Source of the DNA: an uncultured Gammaproteobacteria bacterium
GTDB lineage: Bacteria; Patescibacteriota; Microgenomatia; Levybacterales; UBA12049
Reading direction: 5' to 3'
Assembly: GCA_964598355.1 (NCBI GenBank)
Contig: CAZRBN010000001.1
Coordinates: forward strand, 5,839-69,838
DNA: 64,000 bases
A program made the translations under genes and the position numbers. Position 1 is the stretch's first letter, and every line of letters starts with the position of its first letter. Below, one piece after another: positions 1 through 9,196 of this stretch. The notes below the pieces were generated by a model. It was not told the origin of the DNA, made no database searches, and saw only the letters and a list, made by a program, of their open reading frames with translations.

Positions 1-888
1 TTATTTAACTCAATGGTATCTCCAACTCGCACAAGTCGAATATCTTTTACTCCTGTAACAATATAGCCTATTTCTCCAGCTGATAAGTGACCCGAACTCA
101 CGAGTTGAGGAGTGAAATACCCTACATCAATGGCATTGGTTTTGGTACGAGTCTGTACAAGCTCTAGTGCGTCATTTGTCTTCACTTTTCCATCAATAAG
201 CCTCACAAAAGCAACAACGCCTCGATGCTCATCATAGACAGCATCAAAAATAAGTGCCCGGAGATTCTTGTCTACAGACCCTATTGGTGCAGGAATTTGC
301 TCAATTGCCTTTTGAAGAAGCGCCTCAACGCCCAAACCCGTCTTCGCAGAGATTTTCAAAACCGTATGTGGATCAAATCCTAACACCTCTAATTGTTTGA
401 GTGTCTTCTCTACCTCTGCTCCGTCCATATCGATTTTGTTAATTGCTGGAACAATGACTAAGTTTTGTTTTTGTGCTGCGCGCAAATGGGCGACTGTCTG
501 GGCTTGTACACCTTTTGTTGCATCAACGAGCAGAATTACTCCTTCACATGCTGCGAGAGTTCGCGAAACCTCATAGGAGAAGTCTACATGACCTGGAGTG
601 TCTATCAAATTCAACATATATGTTGAATTAATTTTCAAATCCTTTCCATCGTCATCCTGAACTTGTTTCAGGATCTCTTTTGGTGTATAGAACATTCTCA
701 CCGGGGCTAGTTTGATAGTAATTCCACGCTCACGGGAAATTGGATTTTGATCTAAAAATTGCTCCTGCTTTCCTAAAATATCTTTTCGGATAGTATTTGT
801 TATCTCCAAAAATCTATCTGACAAAGTTGATTTGCCGTGGTCAATATGCGCAACTATACAAAAGTTTCTAATAAATTTATTTTCCATA
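1..888 (-). CDS. lepA: Elongation factor 4 (LepA), N-terminal part; gene runs off the window start (C-terminus missing)
   Basis: Reverse-strand translation from ATG at 886-888 gives MENKFIRNFCIVAHIDHGKSTLSDRFLE...DTPGHVDFSYEVSRTLAACEGVILLVDA. The G1 and G3 GTPase motifs and the LepA-specific context are present, and AAAAGGAA lies just upstream as an RBS. Confidence 0.85.
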
Positions 889-1119
889 TATATTCCTTTT
901 AAGCAACTTGCCCTGTAGGCGTGAAATCATGAGGCGATGACATACACCTCGTGAATGACAAACGACCTATCCGGGAGTTACGAATAAATTCCTGATCTAT
1001 AAAAATAAGCGTTCACCGTCAAGCGTTAAGAAAAAGGTTGAGAAATGTTAACGGTTACCGCTTCACCTTTAATGCTAGTAACTCATTCTACCAGAAAGTG
1101 AGGCTAGAAGAAAGAAAGA

Positions 1120-2778
1120 CTATACTTTCGGGCTGGATCCCTCAAGTAACTCCTGAATTTTACTGAGTATCTCTTCCCAGTTACCCAGCTTCTTAAACAT
1201 GAGTACATATGTTTGGGCTTCTTTCACTTGGAAAATCCACGTGAGGAAAAGATATAAAGAAAGACCAATCAAACTTGTAATTCCAGTAAGCAAAATAAGA
1301 TTTATTGTATGGGTAGTATCAAAGACTAACTGATCGAGTAACTTCAAAGGAATATATAAAGCAAAACCGGTAAAGAAAGTAGCAATAATAATTTTTGAAA
1401 ATGAGAGGAAAAGGTAGGCTTTTGTGAATCCTCCTGTTTTGTAGGAAAGGAGAATAAATAAAACAACAAATTGAAAAATACTCCCAAAAGAATACGAAAT
1501 GGCAATACTAGAAATTCCAGCCTTCATTCCAAATACCATCACTGCTGCAATTCCCAGCATAACACCTGTTGAAATTGCTCCTACGACAAGCGGGATAACG
1601 GTATCATGCAGTGCATAGAAAGCCCGTGATACTAAGTATGTTAAGGCCTGAGCAAAAAGTGAAATAGAAAAAAGAGCCAAAATACGACCTGTCATTACTG
1701 TTGCTGGCCAGTCAAATTGAGAAGCTCCATATTCGAGTCTCACAATAGGAATTCTCAACACTAAAAATAATACCGAAATAGGTAGGACTAAATAAAGCAT
1801 TTGTGAAAGACTTGTCAAAAAGGTTACTTTAAAATCATCAAGCTGTTCTCGTTGCCTTGATAAAACAGGAAATGCAGCTTGAGCAATTGTTTGTCCAAAC
1901 AAAGCAACAGGAGCGAATGCTAAGGTTTGAGCATAGTCAAAAATGACATAACTTCTCCCTGGATCAGATAAAAATGAAATAAGTGTGACCGTAAGCAGCG
2001 TCCCAATTTGAAAAATCGCCAAAGAAATCGTCCTTGGCCACATGAGGTGAAAGATTTCTTTGATTCCAGCTACATTTTTCAGTGCTTTTGGATGAAAAGA
2101 AAACCCTACTCGTTTTACTAAGGGAATTTGCAGAGCTAAAAAAATAATTGCTCCGATAATAACCCCAACAGCAGGAGCAAAGATTCCAAGCCATGGCCAT
2201 AGTGTTACCATACCAATAATAATTCCCAAGTTGTATAGAGCTGCAGCAATACCAGGAATAAAAAAGTGGTTATAAGACTGAAGGACAGCAGAGAGAAAGC
2301 TTGCAACAATAAAAAATAATTCTCCAATGACAATAACCCGCATGAGATTGGCCATAAGAACAATTTGAGAATGACTAAAGCCTGGAGCAATAAGATATGA
2401 GAAATACTCAGCAAAAATGACCAAAATTAAAGAAATAACAACGAAAATACCAAGCCCTAATGATAAAAGAGTTGAAGCAAATTCATGACCCTCTTTTTCT
2501 TTCCCTTTGGATAAATAATCCGAAAATACAGGAATAAAGGCAGATGACAAAGCTCCTGCAATAATCAATTGAAACAAGAAATCAGGTAAACGAGAAGAAG
2601 CTAGATAAACACCTAAGGTATTAGACGCACCAAAAATACCAACCAAAAAGCGTTGTCTAATAAGCCCAAGAAACTGCGACAAAATAACTGTTGCCATAAT
2701 AATAAAGGCTGCAGAAAGGATATTTGTTTGCTGTTTGAGTAAGACATTGAGACTTTTTTTAAAGAAATTTGTAGGCAT
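1120..2778 (-). CDS. murJ: Lipid II flippase MurJ/MviN
   Basis: 552-aa polytopic membrane protein. The N-terminus LSAAFIIMATVILSQFLGLIRQRFLVGIFGASNTLGVYLASSRLPDFLFQL is typical of the MurJ/MOP family. Confidence 0.8.
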   Translation of the reverse strand: MPTNFFKKSLNVLLKQQTNILSAAFIIMATVILSQFLGLIRQRFLVGIFGASNTLGVYLASSRLPDFLFQLIIAGALSSAFIPVFSDYLSKGKEKEGHEFASTLLSLGLGIFVVISLILVIFAEYFSYLIAPGFSHSQIVLMANLMRVIVIGELFFIVASFLSAVLQSYNHFFIPGIAAALYNLGIIIGMVTLWPWLGIFAPAVGVIIGAIIFLALQIPLVKRVGFSFHPKALKNVAGIKEIFHLMWPRTISLAIFQIGTLLTVTLISFLSDPGRSYVIFDYAQTLAFAPVALFGQTIAQAAFPVLSRQREQLDDFKVTFLTSLSQMLYLVLPISVLFLVLRIPIVRLEYGASQFDWPATVMTGRILALFSISLFAQALTYLVSRAFYALHDTVIPLVVGAISTGVMLGIAAVMVFGMKAGISSIAISYSFGSIFQFVVLFILLSYKTGGFTKAYLFLSFSKIIIATFFTGFALYIPLKLLDQLVFDTTHTINLILLTGITSLIGLSLYLFLTWIFQVKEAQTYVLMFKKLGNWEEILSKIQELLEGSSPKV

Positions 2779-2892
2779 AATTCTATTATTATCCTCTCCT
2801 GAAACTTTTATCAGAACCCTATGTGGAAGAGATTTTTTGAAACGAGCTTTGACAAGAAATCAACTCGAAAAACCAAGCGTATGCTTTTTCTC

Positions 2893-2921
2893 TTGCGGAT
2901 TCAAGTATAGCATGATAAAAT
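2893..2921 (+). promoter_or_regulatory. Candidate sigma70-type promoter of rpsT: TTGCGG, 17-bp spacer, TAAAAT. It ends 6 bp before the rpsT ATG, so the mRNA could be leaderless or short-leadered
   Basis: Hexamers and spacing were read directly from the sequence; the match to consensus is weak to moderate. Confidence 0.25.
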
Positions 2922-2927
2922 ATGGTC

Positions 2928-3254
2928 ATGCCAGTTATAAAATCAGCAAAAAAGAAATTGCGACAAGACGAAAATGCAACAATTCGCAACGCTAAAATGG
3001 AAACAGCCTTGAAGGATGCTATTAAAGCAGCTAAAAAGAACCCATCTCTCGAGCTAGTCAGAAAAGCAACCAGTGCTGCAGATAAAGCAGCGAAGCGTCA
3101 TATTGTTCATAACAATAAGGCTGCACGCATAAAATCAGCTCTTTCCAAACTTCTTGGAGGCAAAACAGCATCTAAATCAGAATCCAAACCTACAGCTAAA
3201 GCAAAAAAAACAGTAAAGAAAACAACTAAAAAATCCCCAGCAAAGAAGAAATAG
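2928..3254 (+). CDS. rpsT: 30S ribosomal protein S20 with a Lys-rich C-terminal extension
   Basis: MPVIKSAKKKLRQDE...HNNKAARIKS matches the S20 family. The tail KSESKPTAKAKKTVKKTTKKSPAKKK is extra. The ORF track also offers an upstream ATG at 2922. Confidence 0.8.
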   Translation: MPVIKSAKKKLRQDENATIRNAKMETALKDAIKAAKKNPSLELVRKATSAADKAAKRHIVHNNKAARIKSALSKLLGGKTASKSESKPTAKAKKTVKKTTKKSPAKKK

Positions 3255-3422
3255 CCACATATATTGCTTTATTGACCCATTGTTTCATTTCACCCTTTCA
3301 AATCTTACGTTTTACACGATCCATACCCCGGTTTGTCCAACTATTTCAACCCAGGTTTAAACTTCTAATAATTCGTTTTTTCTTTTGACAAAGAGCTTAA
3401 TTCTCCCTAGACTAATAGTAGT

Positions 3423-3983
3423 ATGGAAAAGTCTACTGCACCATCTATTAATTTGGCTAAAAACCGAGGAGAACATTTCATAGATAGATTTTTTTCCTGG
3501 GCACTTTCCGCTGGACGTGTCTTAGTGATCCTTACCGAAGCTATAGCACTAGGAGCTTTTCTTTTCCGTTTTGGATTGGACAGGCAAATTCTTGATTTGC
3601 ATGACAGAATTACTCAAGAACAAGCTATTGTGAAATTATTAAAGAATAATGAAACAACATATAGGAATCTTCAAGAAAGACTAAGTCTTGCAAAAAACAT
3701 AGATACAACAACCACTACCCAACTCAAAACATACACAGATGTTTCTACAATGATTCCATCTGATATGGTCGTACAAAATATTTTTTATTCGATAAATGAT
3801 ATCCATGTGGATGGATCTGTAGGCTCAATTATTTCTCTCTCATCATTTGTAAAAAAGCTTAAAGCTTATCCAACAGTCGAGAAAGTAAGTATAGATAGGT
3901 TAGAAAATAAATCATCAACAGGAGAATATACCATTGGAATTACAGCATTTTTCAAAGTAGAAAAGCAGAAATCATTACTATGA
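3423..3983 (+). CDS. PilN-like type IV pilus/competence assembly protein (single N-terminal TM, coiled coil, C-terminal alpha/beta domain)
   Basis: 186 aa. Short cytoplasmic N-terminus (SINLAK), a TM helix and coiled-coil region. The call rests on architecture plus the pairing with the next gene. A TTGACA -35 lies upstream at about 3386. Confidence 0.4.
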   Translation: MEKSTAPSINLAKNRGEHFIDRFFSWALSAGRVLVILTEAIALGAFLFRFGLDRQILDLHDRITQEQAIVKLLKNNETTYRNLQERLSLAKNIDTTTTTQLKTYTDVSTMIPSDMVVQNIFYSINDIHVDGSVGSIISLSSFVKKLKAYPTVEKVSIDRLENKSSTGEYTIGITAFFKVEKQKSLL

Positions 3984-4615
3984 ATTTAAAAATATCCTTA
4001 CCTACTCTCAAAAAACTTGGAATTGGCAATCCAAAAGAAAGCAAGCTCTTTCTTTCTATTATTCCTGGAATTCAAGAAAAACGAACAAAACAATTTACGA
4101 CTCTTTCTCTTACGCTTGCCACTATCGCATTTTTCGGTATTTTCGCGATTAATCCAACATTTGGAACTATTTCTGATTTACAAAAGCAACTCGATGATGA
4201 TAATTTTACACATCAAAGTCTGCAAAAAAAAATTGCCAATTTAACTACTCTTCAGCAAGTATACTCGGATATCCAAGACACACTTCCTCCATTATATGAC
4301 GCCATTCCTACTTCATTATCCATCGATATTTTTGTTGGACAATTGCATACGCTTGCTGGACTAAACAATGTACAACTTACCAGGGTTCAGACTTTGCCTG
4401 TTGATATTTCACCACAAACAACATCAGCAAAATATACAACCTATGAATTTTCTGTTGAAGCTCAAGGAGCATATGCTGATCTGGTGAAATATATAACAAA
4501 TGTCACGAACGCTAGTCGGCTCATAACATTACAATCAATTTCTATGGCCCATATCGGAAAAGTTGACAATACCTTTCGTATGCAGTTGAGAGGAAAAACA
4601 TACTTTAAATCATAA
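3980..4615 (+). CDS. PilO-like assembly protein
   Basis: 211 aa with a TM helix after about 40 aa, coiled coil and a C-terminal ferredoxin-like region. It overlaps the upstream gene by ATGA, which suggests translational coupling. Confidence 0.4.
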   Translation: MNLKISLPTLKKLGIGNPKESKLFLSIIPGIQEKRTKQFTTLSLTLATIAFFGIFAINPTFGTISDLQKQLDDDNFTHQSLQKKIANLTTLQQVYSDIQDTLPPLYDAIPTSLSIDIFVGQLHTLAGLNNVQLTRVQTLPVDISPQTTSAKYTTYEFSVEAQGAYADLVKYITNVTNASRLITLQSISMAHIGKVDNTFRMQLRGKTYFKS

Positions 4616-4617
4616 CT

Positions 4618-4938
4618 ATGAGACAACGCGATATATTATTTCTTCTTGCATCAATTTGTGTTGTTATTTTTGCATGGATAGCATTTACTATTCTTCATAA
4701 TTCACTTACTTCAACAATAACCCCTGCAACAACTGAAGCAATCGCTCCAATTCAACCCAACTTTGATACTGCAACCCTCAAAAAAATGAAAACACGAATT
4801 GTTGTTAACCCAGCATTTACCATTTCAGTTACCCCTACAATTACTCTTAGTCCAGCCCCTACACCAACGACTCTTCCATTTAATAACGTTGCTTCTCAAT
4901 CTGCACAAACAGCATCCCAAGGAGGTACGTTGAAATAA
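4618..4938 (+). CDS. Small Thr/Pro-rich membrane-anchored protein (hypothetical; possible pilus/secretion accessory)
   Basis: 106 aa with an N-terminal TM helix and a low-complexity T/P-rich tail. It is tightly packed between the PilO-like gene and the LPXTG protein gene. Confidence 0.4.
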   Translation: MRQRDILFLLASICVVIFAWIAFTILHNSLTSTITPATTEAIAPIQPNFDTATLKKMKTRIVVNPAFTISVTPTITLSPAPTPTTLPFNNVASQSAQTASQGGTLK

Positions 4939-6314
4939 TGAATATCTGGAATAAAAGAATTCCTACAGTATTTGGCATAGCCTTTGTTTTAGGGACAGTT
5001 ATTGGAACAATATTTTTAGTCCAAACAGGAGTAATCTATTTGGGTGGAGCTGCTCCAGCTGATAATCCTCACTCAGTACGAGTTACAAATATTTCAGACA
5101 AGGCCGTATCTATTACCTATACTACAGAAACAAAGGTTATCGGAACAGTCTCAATCGGACAAGATAAAGATAGTCTACAAACAATTTTGGATGAGCGAGA
5201 CCAACAATCAGGAACTCCTCAAACATATAAAGTACATAGTATAAGTATTAAAAACCTTAAACCAAATACTTCGTATGTTTTTTCTATTACATCAGGAGCA
5301 ACGACGTATCTGAATCATGATAAGTATTTCTCAGCTCAAACGGCACCAACACTTACTACAGCTCCTACCTCACAACTTCCTCTCACAGGAAAACTGGTTA
5401 GCCCAGATGGAAATAATCCAGAGGAAGCATTGGTATATCTAACAACAGACAAAGGGGAAGTCTTGTCAACTCTTACGAAATCCTCTGGTATTTATACTAT
5501 TCCCCTTAATACCTTTCGAACATCGGATGGAAAAAATTTCTTCACCTTCCAACCAACGACACCGCTTCATATTCTGGCAACTAATGGAGACTTAACCTCG
5601 CAAGCAACTGTTTTGTTATCAGGAAGCAGTCCTGTCCCACTTATTACGCTTTCTCAAACGTATAACTTCACTGCATCAACCCAACCTGTCGCGTCTAATT
5701 CCGCAGAAGCTACTATTGGTTTCCCATCGTTCTCAGCAAATAATGCTCTTGAGGCAACACCTGTGATTATTACTCCCAAGAAAGACGAAAGTTTTACTGA
5801 TACCCAACCACGATTTAGTGGGAAAGCCTTACCCAATCAAACTATCACAATAGAAATCCATTCATCAGATGTTATAACAGATACGATTAAGACAGATGCG
5901 TTTGGCAATTGGACATATAGACCATCCACACAACTATCACCAGGTAACCATACCTTAACTATTATGACAAAAGATGCTAGTGGCATTCTTAAGACAATCG
6001 AACAGTCATTTACTGTTTTTGCAGCAGGATCTCAGGTGACTCAATCAGCAACGCCATCAGCAACACCAACCGTGACAAAATCACCAACTGCAACACCAAT
6101 ACCAACAATAATACCTACCATTACGACACAACCAACAGGTATTACTCCTACCCTGCAGCCAACACTACTTCCAACAGTTGCTCTATCCCTCACACCGCGA
6201 CCCTCACTGCCACCAACGGGAAGCAATAGTATTATAGTCGTAGGAACAACCGGTATTGTCACAACGCTCCTTGGTATTGTATTATTCTTGATAAGCCGTG
6301 GTGCAATATTATGA
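4938..6314 (+). CDS. LPXTG-anchored cell-surface protein with Fn3/Ig-like domains (sortase substrate)
   Basis: N-terminal signal-anchor. Fn3-like segment (VRVTNISDKAVSITYTTETKV...NLKPNTSYVFSI) and a Big-like segment. The C-terminus SLPPTGSNSIIVVGTTGIVTTLLGIVLFLISRGAIL is a canonical LPXTG motif followed by a hydrophobic stretch and a positively charged tail. Confidence 0.75.
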   Translation: MNIWNKRIPTVFGIAFVLGTVIGTIFLVQTGVIYLGGAAPADNPHSVRVTNISDKAVSITYTTETKVIGTVSIGQDKDSLQTILDERDQQSGTPQTYKVHSISIKNLKPNTSYVFSITSGATTYLNHDKYFSAQTAPTLTTAPTSQLPLTGKLVSPDGNNPEEALVYLTTDKGEVLSTLTKSSGIYTIPLNTFRTSDGKNFFTFQPTTPLHILATNGDLTSQATVLLSGSSPVPLITLSQTYNFTASTQPVASNSAEATIGFPSFSANNALEATPVIITPKKDESFTDTQPRFSGKALPNQTITIEIHSSDVITDTIKTDAFGNWTYRPSTQLSPGNHTLTIMTKDASGILKTIEQSFTVFAAGSQVTQSATPSATPTVTKSPTATPIPTIIPTITTQPTGITPTLQPTLLPTVALSLTPRPSLPPTGSNSIIVVGTTGIVTTLLGIVLFLISRGAIL

Positions 6315-7579
6315 AGATTGGAATTATAGGAGCTGGTTTTACAGGACTTGGGGCAGCATATTCGTTAGTAAAACAAGGACATTCAGTTACTATCTTTGAA
6401 AAGGATGATCATCCAGGTGGTCTTGCCATAGGTTATCAAAAAAATGAATGGGAATGGACCTTAGAAAGCTATTACCATCATTGGTTTACGAACGACAATA
6501 CTGTTTTATCCTTGGCAAAAGAAATTCATTTTCCTGTAGCAATAAAGCGTCCAAAAACATCTGTCTTTATCGAAGGAAAACTATATCAACTTGATTCTCC
6601 TTCCAGTTTTTTAACCTTCCCCAAACTTCCTATATGGGATAGACTTCGGATGATTGAAACGCTTGGACTGCTGAGAATCAATCCTTTCTGGAAACCAATG
6701 GAAAAAGTGAAAGCCTCAGAGTATCTTCCAAAAGCTATGGGTGAAAAGGCATATAAATTAATTTGGGAACCTCAGCTTACCAATAAATTTGGCAATTATG
6801 CAGATAAAATTTCTCTTGCATGGTTTTGGGCACGCATTGTTAAAAGAACTCCTTCCCTTGCTTATCCAAAGGGGGGATTTTTATCCTTTGCACGACATGT
6901 AGAAAAAGTTATTACAGAAAAGGGAGGAGAATTTTTCTATGGAGCAGGTGTAACTGAAATAAAAACAGTAAAAGATAAAACAATTGTTATCGTCGGAAAA
7001 GAAAAATATGAATTTGATAAAGTCATTGTTACGCTTCCTTCTTTCCCATTCCTCAAGCTTTGTCCAACACTTCCTGAAGGGTATAAAGAAAAATTACGAA
7101 AACTTGAGGGTCTCGGAGCTATGACTGTTGTATTGAGACTAAAAAAACAGTTCCTTCCTGATAATACCTACTGGCTAAGTATGTGTGATCCTGCTTCTCC
7201 TGTTATGGCTGTTGTTGAACATACTAATTTTATGAATAAAAAACACTATAATAACGAGCATCTTGTTTATTTAGGAAACTACTTAGCGCAAAATCACCCA
7301 TACTTCTCTTTATCAGAAAAAGAGATCCTTAAAGAGTTTGATCCCATTCTTCAAGAGTTACATCCTGGATATGAAAAAGATATTATTGGTGTTGATATCT
7401 TTAAAACTCCTTTTGCTCAGCCAATCATACCCACTAATTACTCAAGAATTATGCCACCATTTGATACGCCATTACCAAATATTTATTTGGCCAATATTCA
7501 ACAAGTATATCCCTGGGATAGAGGGACTAATTATGCTGTTGAATTAGGACAAAAGATAGCAGACCACATTACAAAGTGA
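6311..7579 (+). CDS. FAD/NAD(P)-binding oxidoreductase, amine-oxidase / CrtI / HemY-like superfamily
   Basis: N-terminal Rossmann dinucleotide motif MKIGIIGAGFTGLGAAYSL...FEKDDHPGG. 422 aa. Overlaps the upstream gene by ATGA. Confidence 0.65.
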   Translation: MKIGIIGAGFTGLGAAYSLVKQGHSVTIFEKDDHPGGLAIGYQKNEWEWTLESYYHHWFTNDNTVLSLAKEIHFPVAIKRPKTSVFIEGKLYQLDSPSSFLTFPKLPIWDRLRMIETLGLLRINPFWKPMEKVKASEYLPKAMGEKAYKLIWEPQLTNKFGNYADKISLAWFWARIVKRTPSLAYPKGGFLSFARHVEKVITEKGGEFFYGAGVTEIKTVKDKTIVIVGKEKYEFDKVIVTLPSFPFLKLCPTLPEGYKEKLRKLEGLGAMTVVLRLKKQFLPDNTYWLSMCDPASPVMAVVEHTNFMNKKHYNNEHLVYLGNYLAQNHPYFSLSEKEILKEFDPILQELHPGYEKDIIGVDIFKTPFAQPIIPTNYSRIMPPFDTPLPNIYLANIQQVYPWDRGTNYAVELGQKIADHITK

Positions 7580-7610
7580 TTTTAAATTTGAAATTTAAAA
7601 TTAAACTTAT

Positions 7611-9196
7611 ATGTTTTCGAAACAAAACCTCTTTCTTCTATTTTTAGTTTTAGTAGGAACATTTCTCAGATTCTATAATCTCCTCTGGGGGGCACCATTT
7701 TTTTTCATCCTGATGAGCGAAATATAGTATATGCAATTAGTCAGCTTTCTTTTCCCCAGCAATTTAACCCACATTTTTTTGCCTATGGGTCTCTTCCTAT
7801 CTATGCAGTATATTTTATAAACAATTTTTTTTCATTTATTCTAAAAAGAGAAAATGATTTTGCATCTATAATTTTCTGGCTTCGATTTTTCTCTGCAACA
7901 TTTTCTTTATTACTTATTCCGTCTCTATATATCATTGTTTCAAAATTATTTGGCAAAACAGCTGCACTTATTACTGCTTTTTTAGCAACTTTTAGCGTTG
8001 GATTTATTCAATATGCGCATTTTGGAACATTTGAAATGTGGAATACTTTTTTTACTTTATGGTTATTCTATTTTTCTATTCGCTTAACAAAAGGCTCTTC
8101 TTTCCAAACAATTCTAAGAATAAGTACAGTCATGGGTATTTTGTTATCAGTAAAAGTATCAAACAGTATATTATTTCCATTACCTATTCTGGGTATAGTG
8201 ATGTATCAGTACATCACTATAAAGTCACTCTTATATAAAAAATTGCTAGGCAATATTTTACTCTATATAGTTATAGTTGCGGTAATATTTGTAGTAACAA
8301 ACCCTTTCGCATTACTTGATTTTCAATCATTTTTTAACAGTATCCATTATGAATCCTCAGTTGCTTTAGGGACACTTCCGGTTTTTTATACGGGAAGTTT
8401 TTTTAATACTATCCCAATACTTTTTCAATTTTCTAAGGTCTATCCTTTTCTTGTAAATCCATTCGTCGAATTTCTTTTTATCCCAGCCTTCTTTTTTGTT
8501 ATTTTTAAGGGAATTAAAAATAAAAACATGGCCATTATACTGCTTGCTGCATATTACATACTCGTCTTTCTATCTCAAGCATTTTTTTATGTGAAATGGA
8601 CACGCTATGTACTTCCTACACTTCCTTTTCTCTATATAATGACTGCTATGTTTCTTACCAACTTACCTACCAAACTGAAAAAAATAACATTAGTATTCCT
8701 TGGCATATTCGTCATTATATACAGTTATGCTTTTATAAAAACGGTTTATTTTTCACAGGATACCAGAATTGCTGCGTCAGTATGGGCAAAACATACAATA
8801 GCATCCACTAGTCCTACTGTAAGTGAGCCTTATGATCTGGGTATTATTCCTTTTAACCCTCTTTTCCCGAATATACAACTAATTCCTGTCTATGACATCG
8901 AAACTAATGCCGATGCTTTCTCTCTGGTGCAACAAAACCTTTCACAAGCAAAAATATTTATTATTCCAAGTCAGCGACTTATTCATAGTAGAATGATTAA
9001 TAAAACTACTTTCCCAAAAGGGAACACTCTTTATACCAATCTTTTAGACAATAAAACAGATTTTAAAAAAGTATATGAAACACCATGTAATATATTTTGC
9101 AAAATAGTATATGACGGAGATCCTCTCTTTAATGTAGAAGAAACAACAACTGTCTTTGATCGACCAACAGTAGTTATCTTTGAAAAAAAGCTATGA
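7611..9196 (+). pseudogene. GT39/GT-C family membrane glycosyltransferase (PMT/ArnT-like), frameshifted within a G6/T8 homopolymer region at 7687-7706; paralog of the 9193..10905 gene
   Basis: Frame 0 from ATG 7611 reads MFSKQNLFLLFLVLVGTFLRFYNLLWGAPFFF and stops at 7727. Frame 2 opens at 7679 and continues HPDERNIVYAISQLSFPQQFNPHFFAYGSLPIY to 9196. The intact paralog has the same order (LRAYGINWDNGFHLHPDERAI...NPHFFAYGSFPLY), so the break is a -1 shift relative to an intact gene. Confidence 0.7.

Noticed and set aside
1964-2414. ORFs 1964..2200 and 2205..2414 (minus) and 2735..2995 (plus)
   Set aside because: They are alternative frames inside or overlapping murJ and the rpsT promoter region, with low-complexity composition and no family resemblance.
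4017-6262. Small ORFs 4017..4244, 5044..5244, 5654..5836, 6041..6262
   Set aside because: They are embedded out of frame within the PilO-like and LPXTG protein genes and are spurious.
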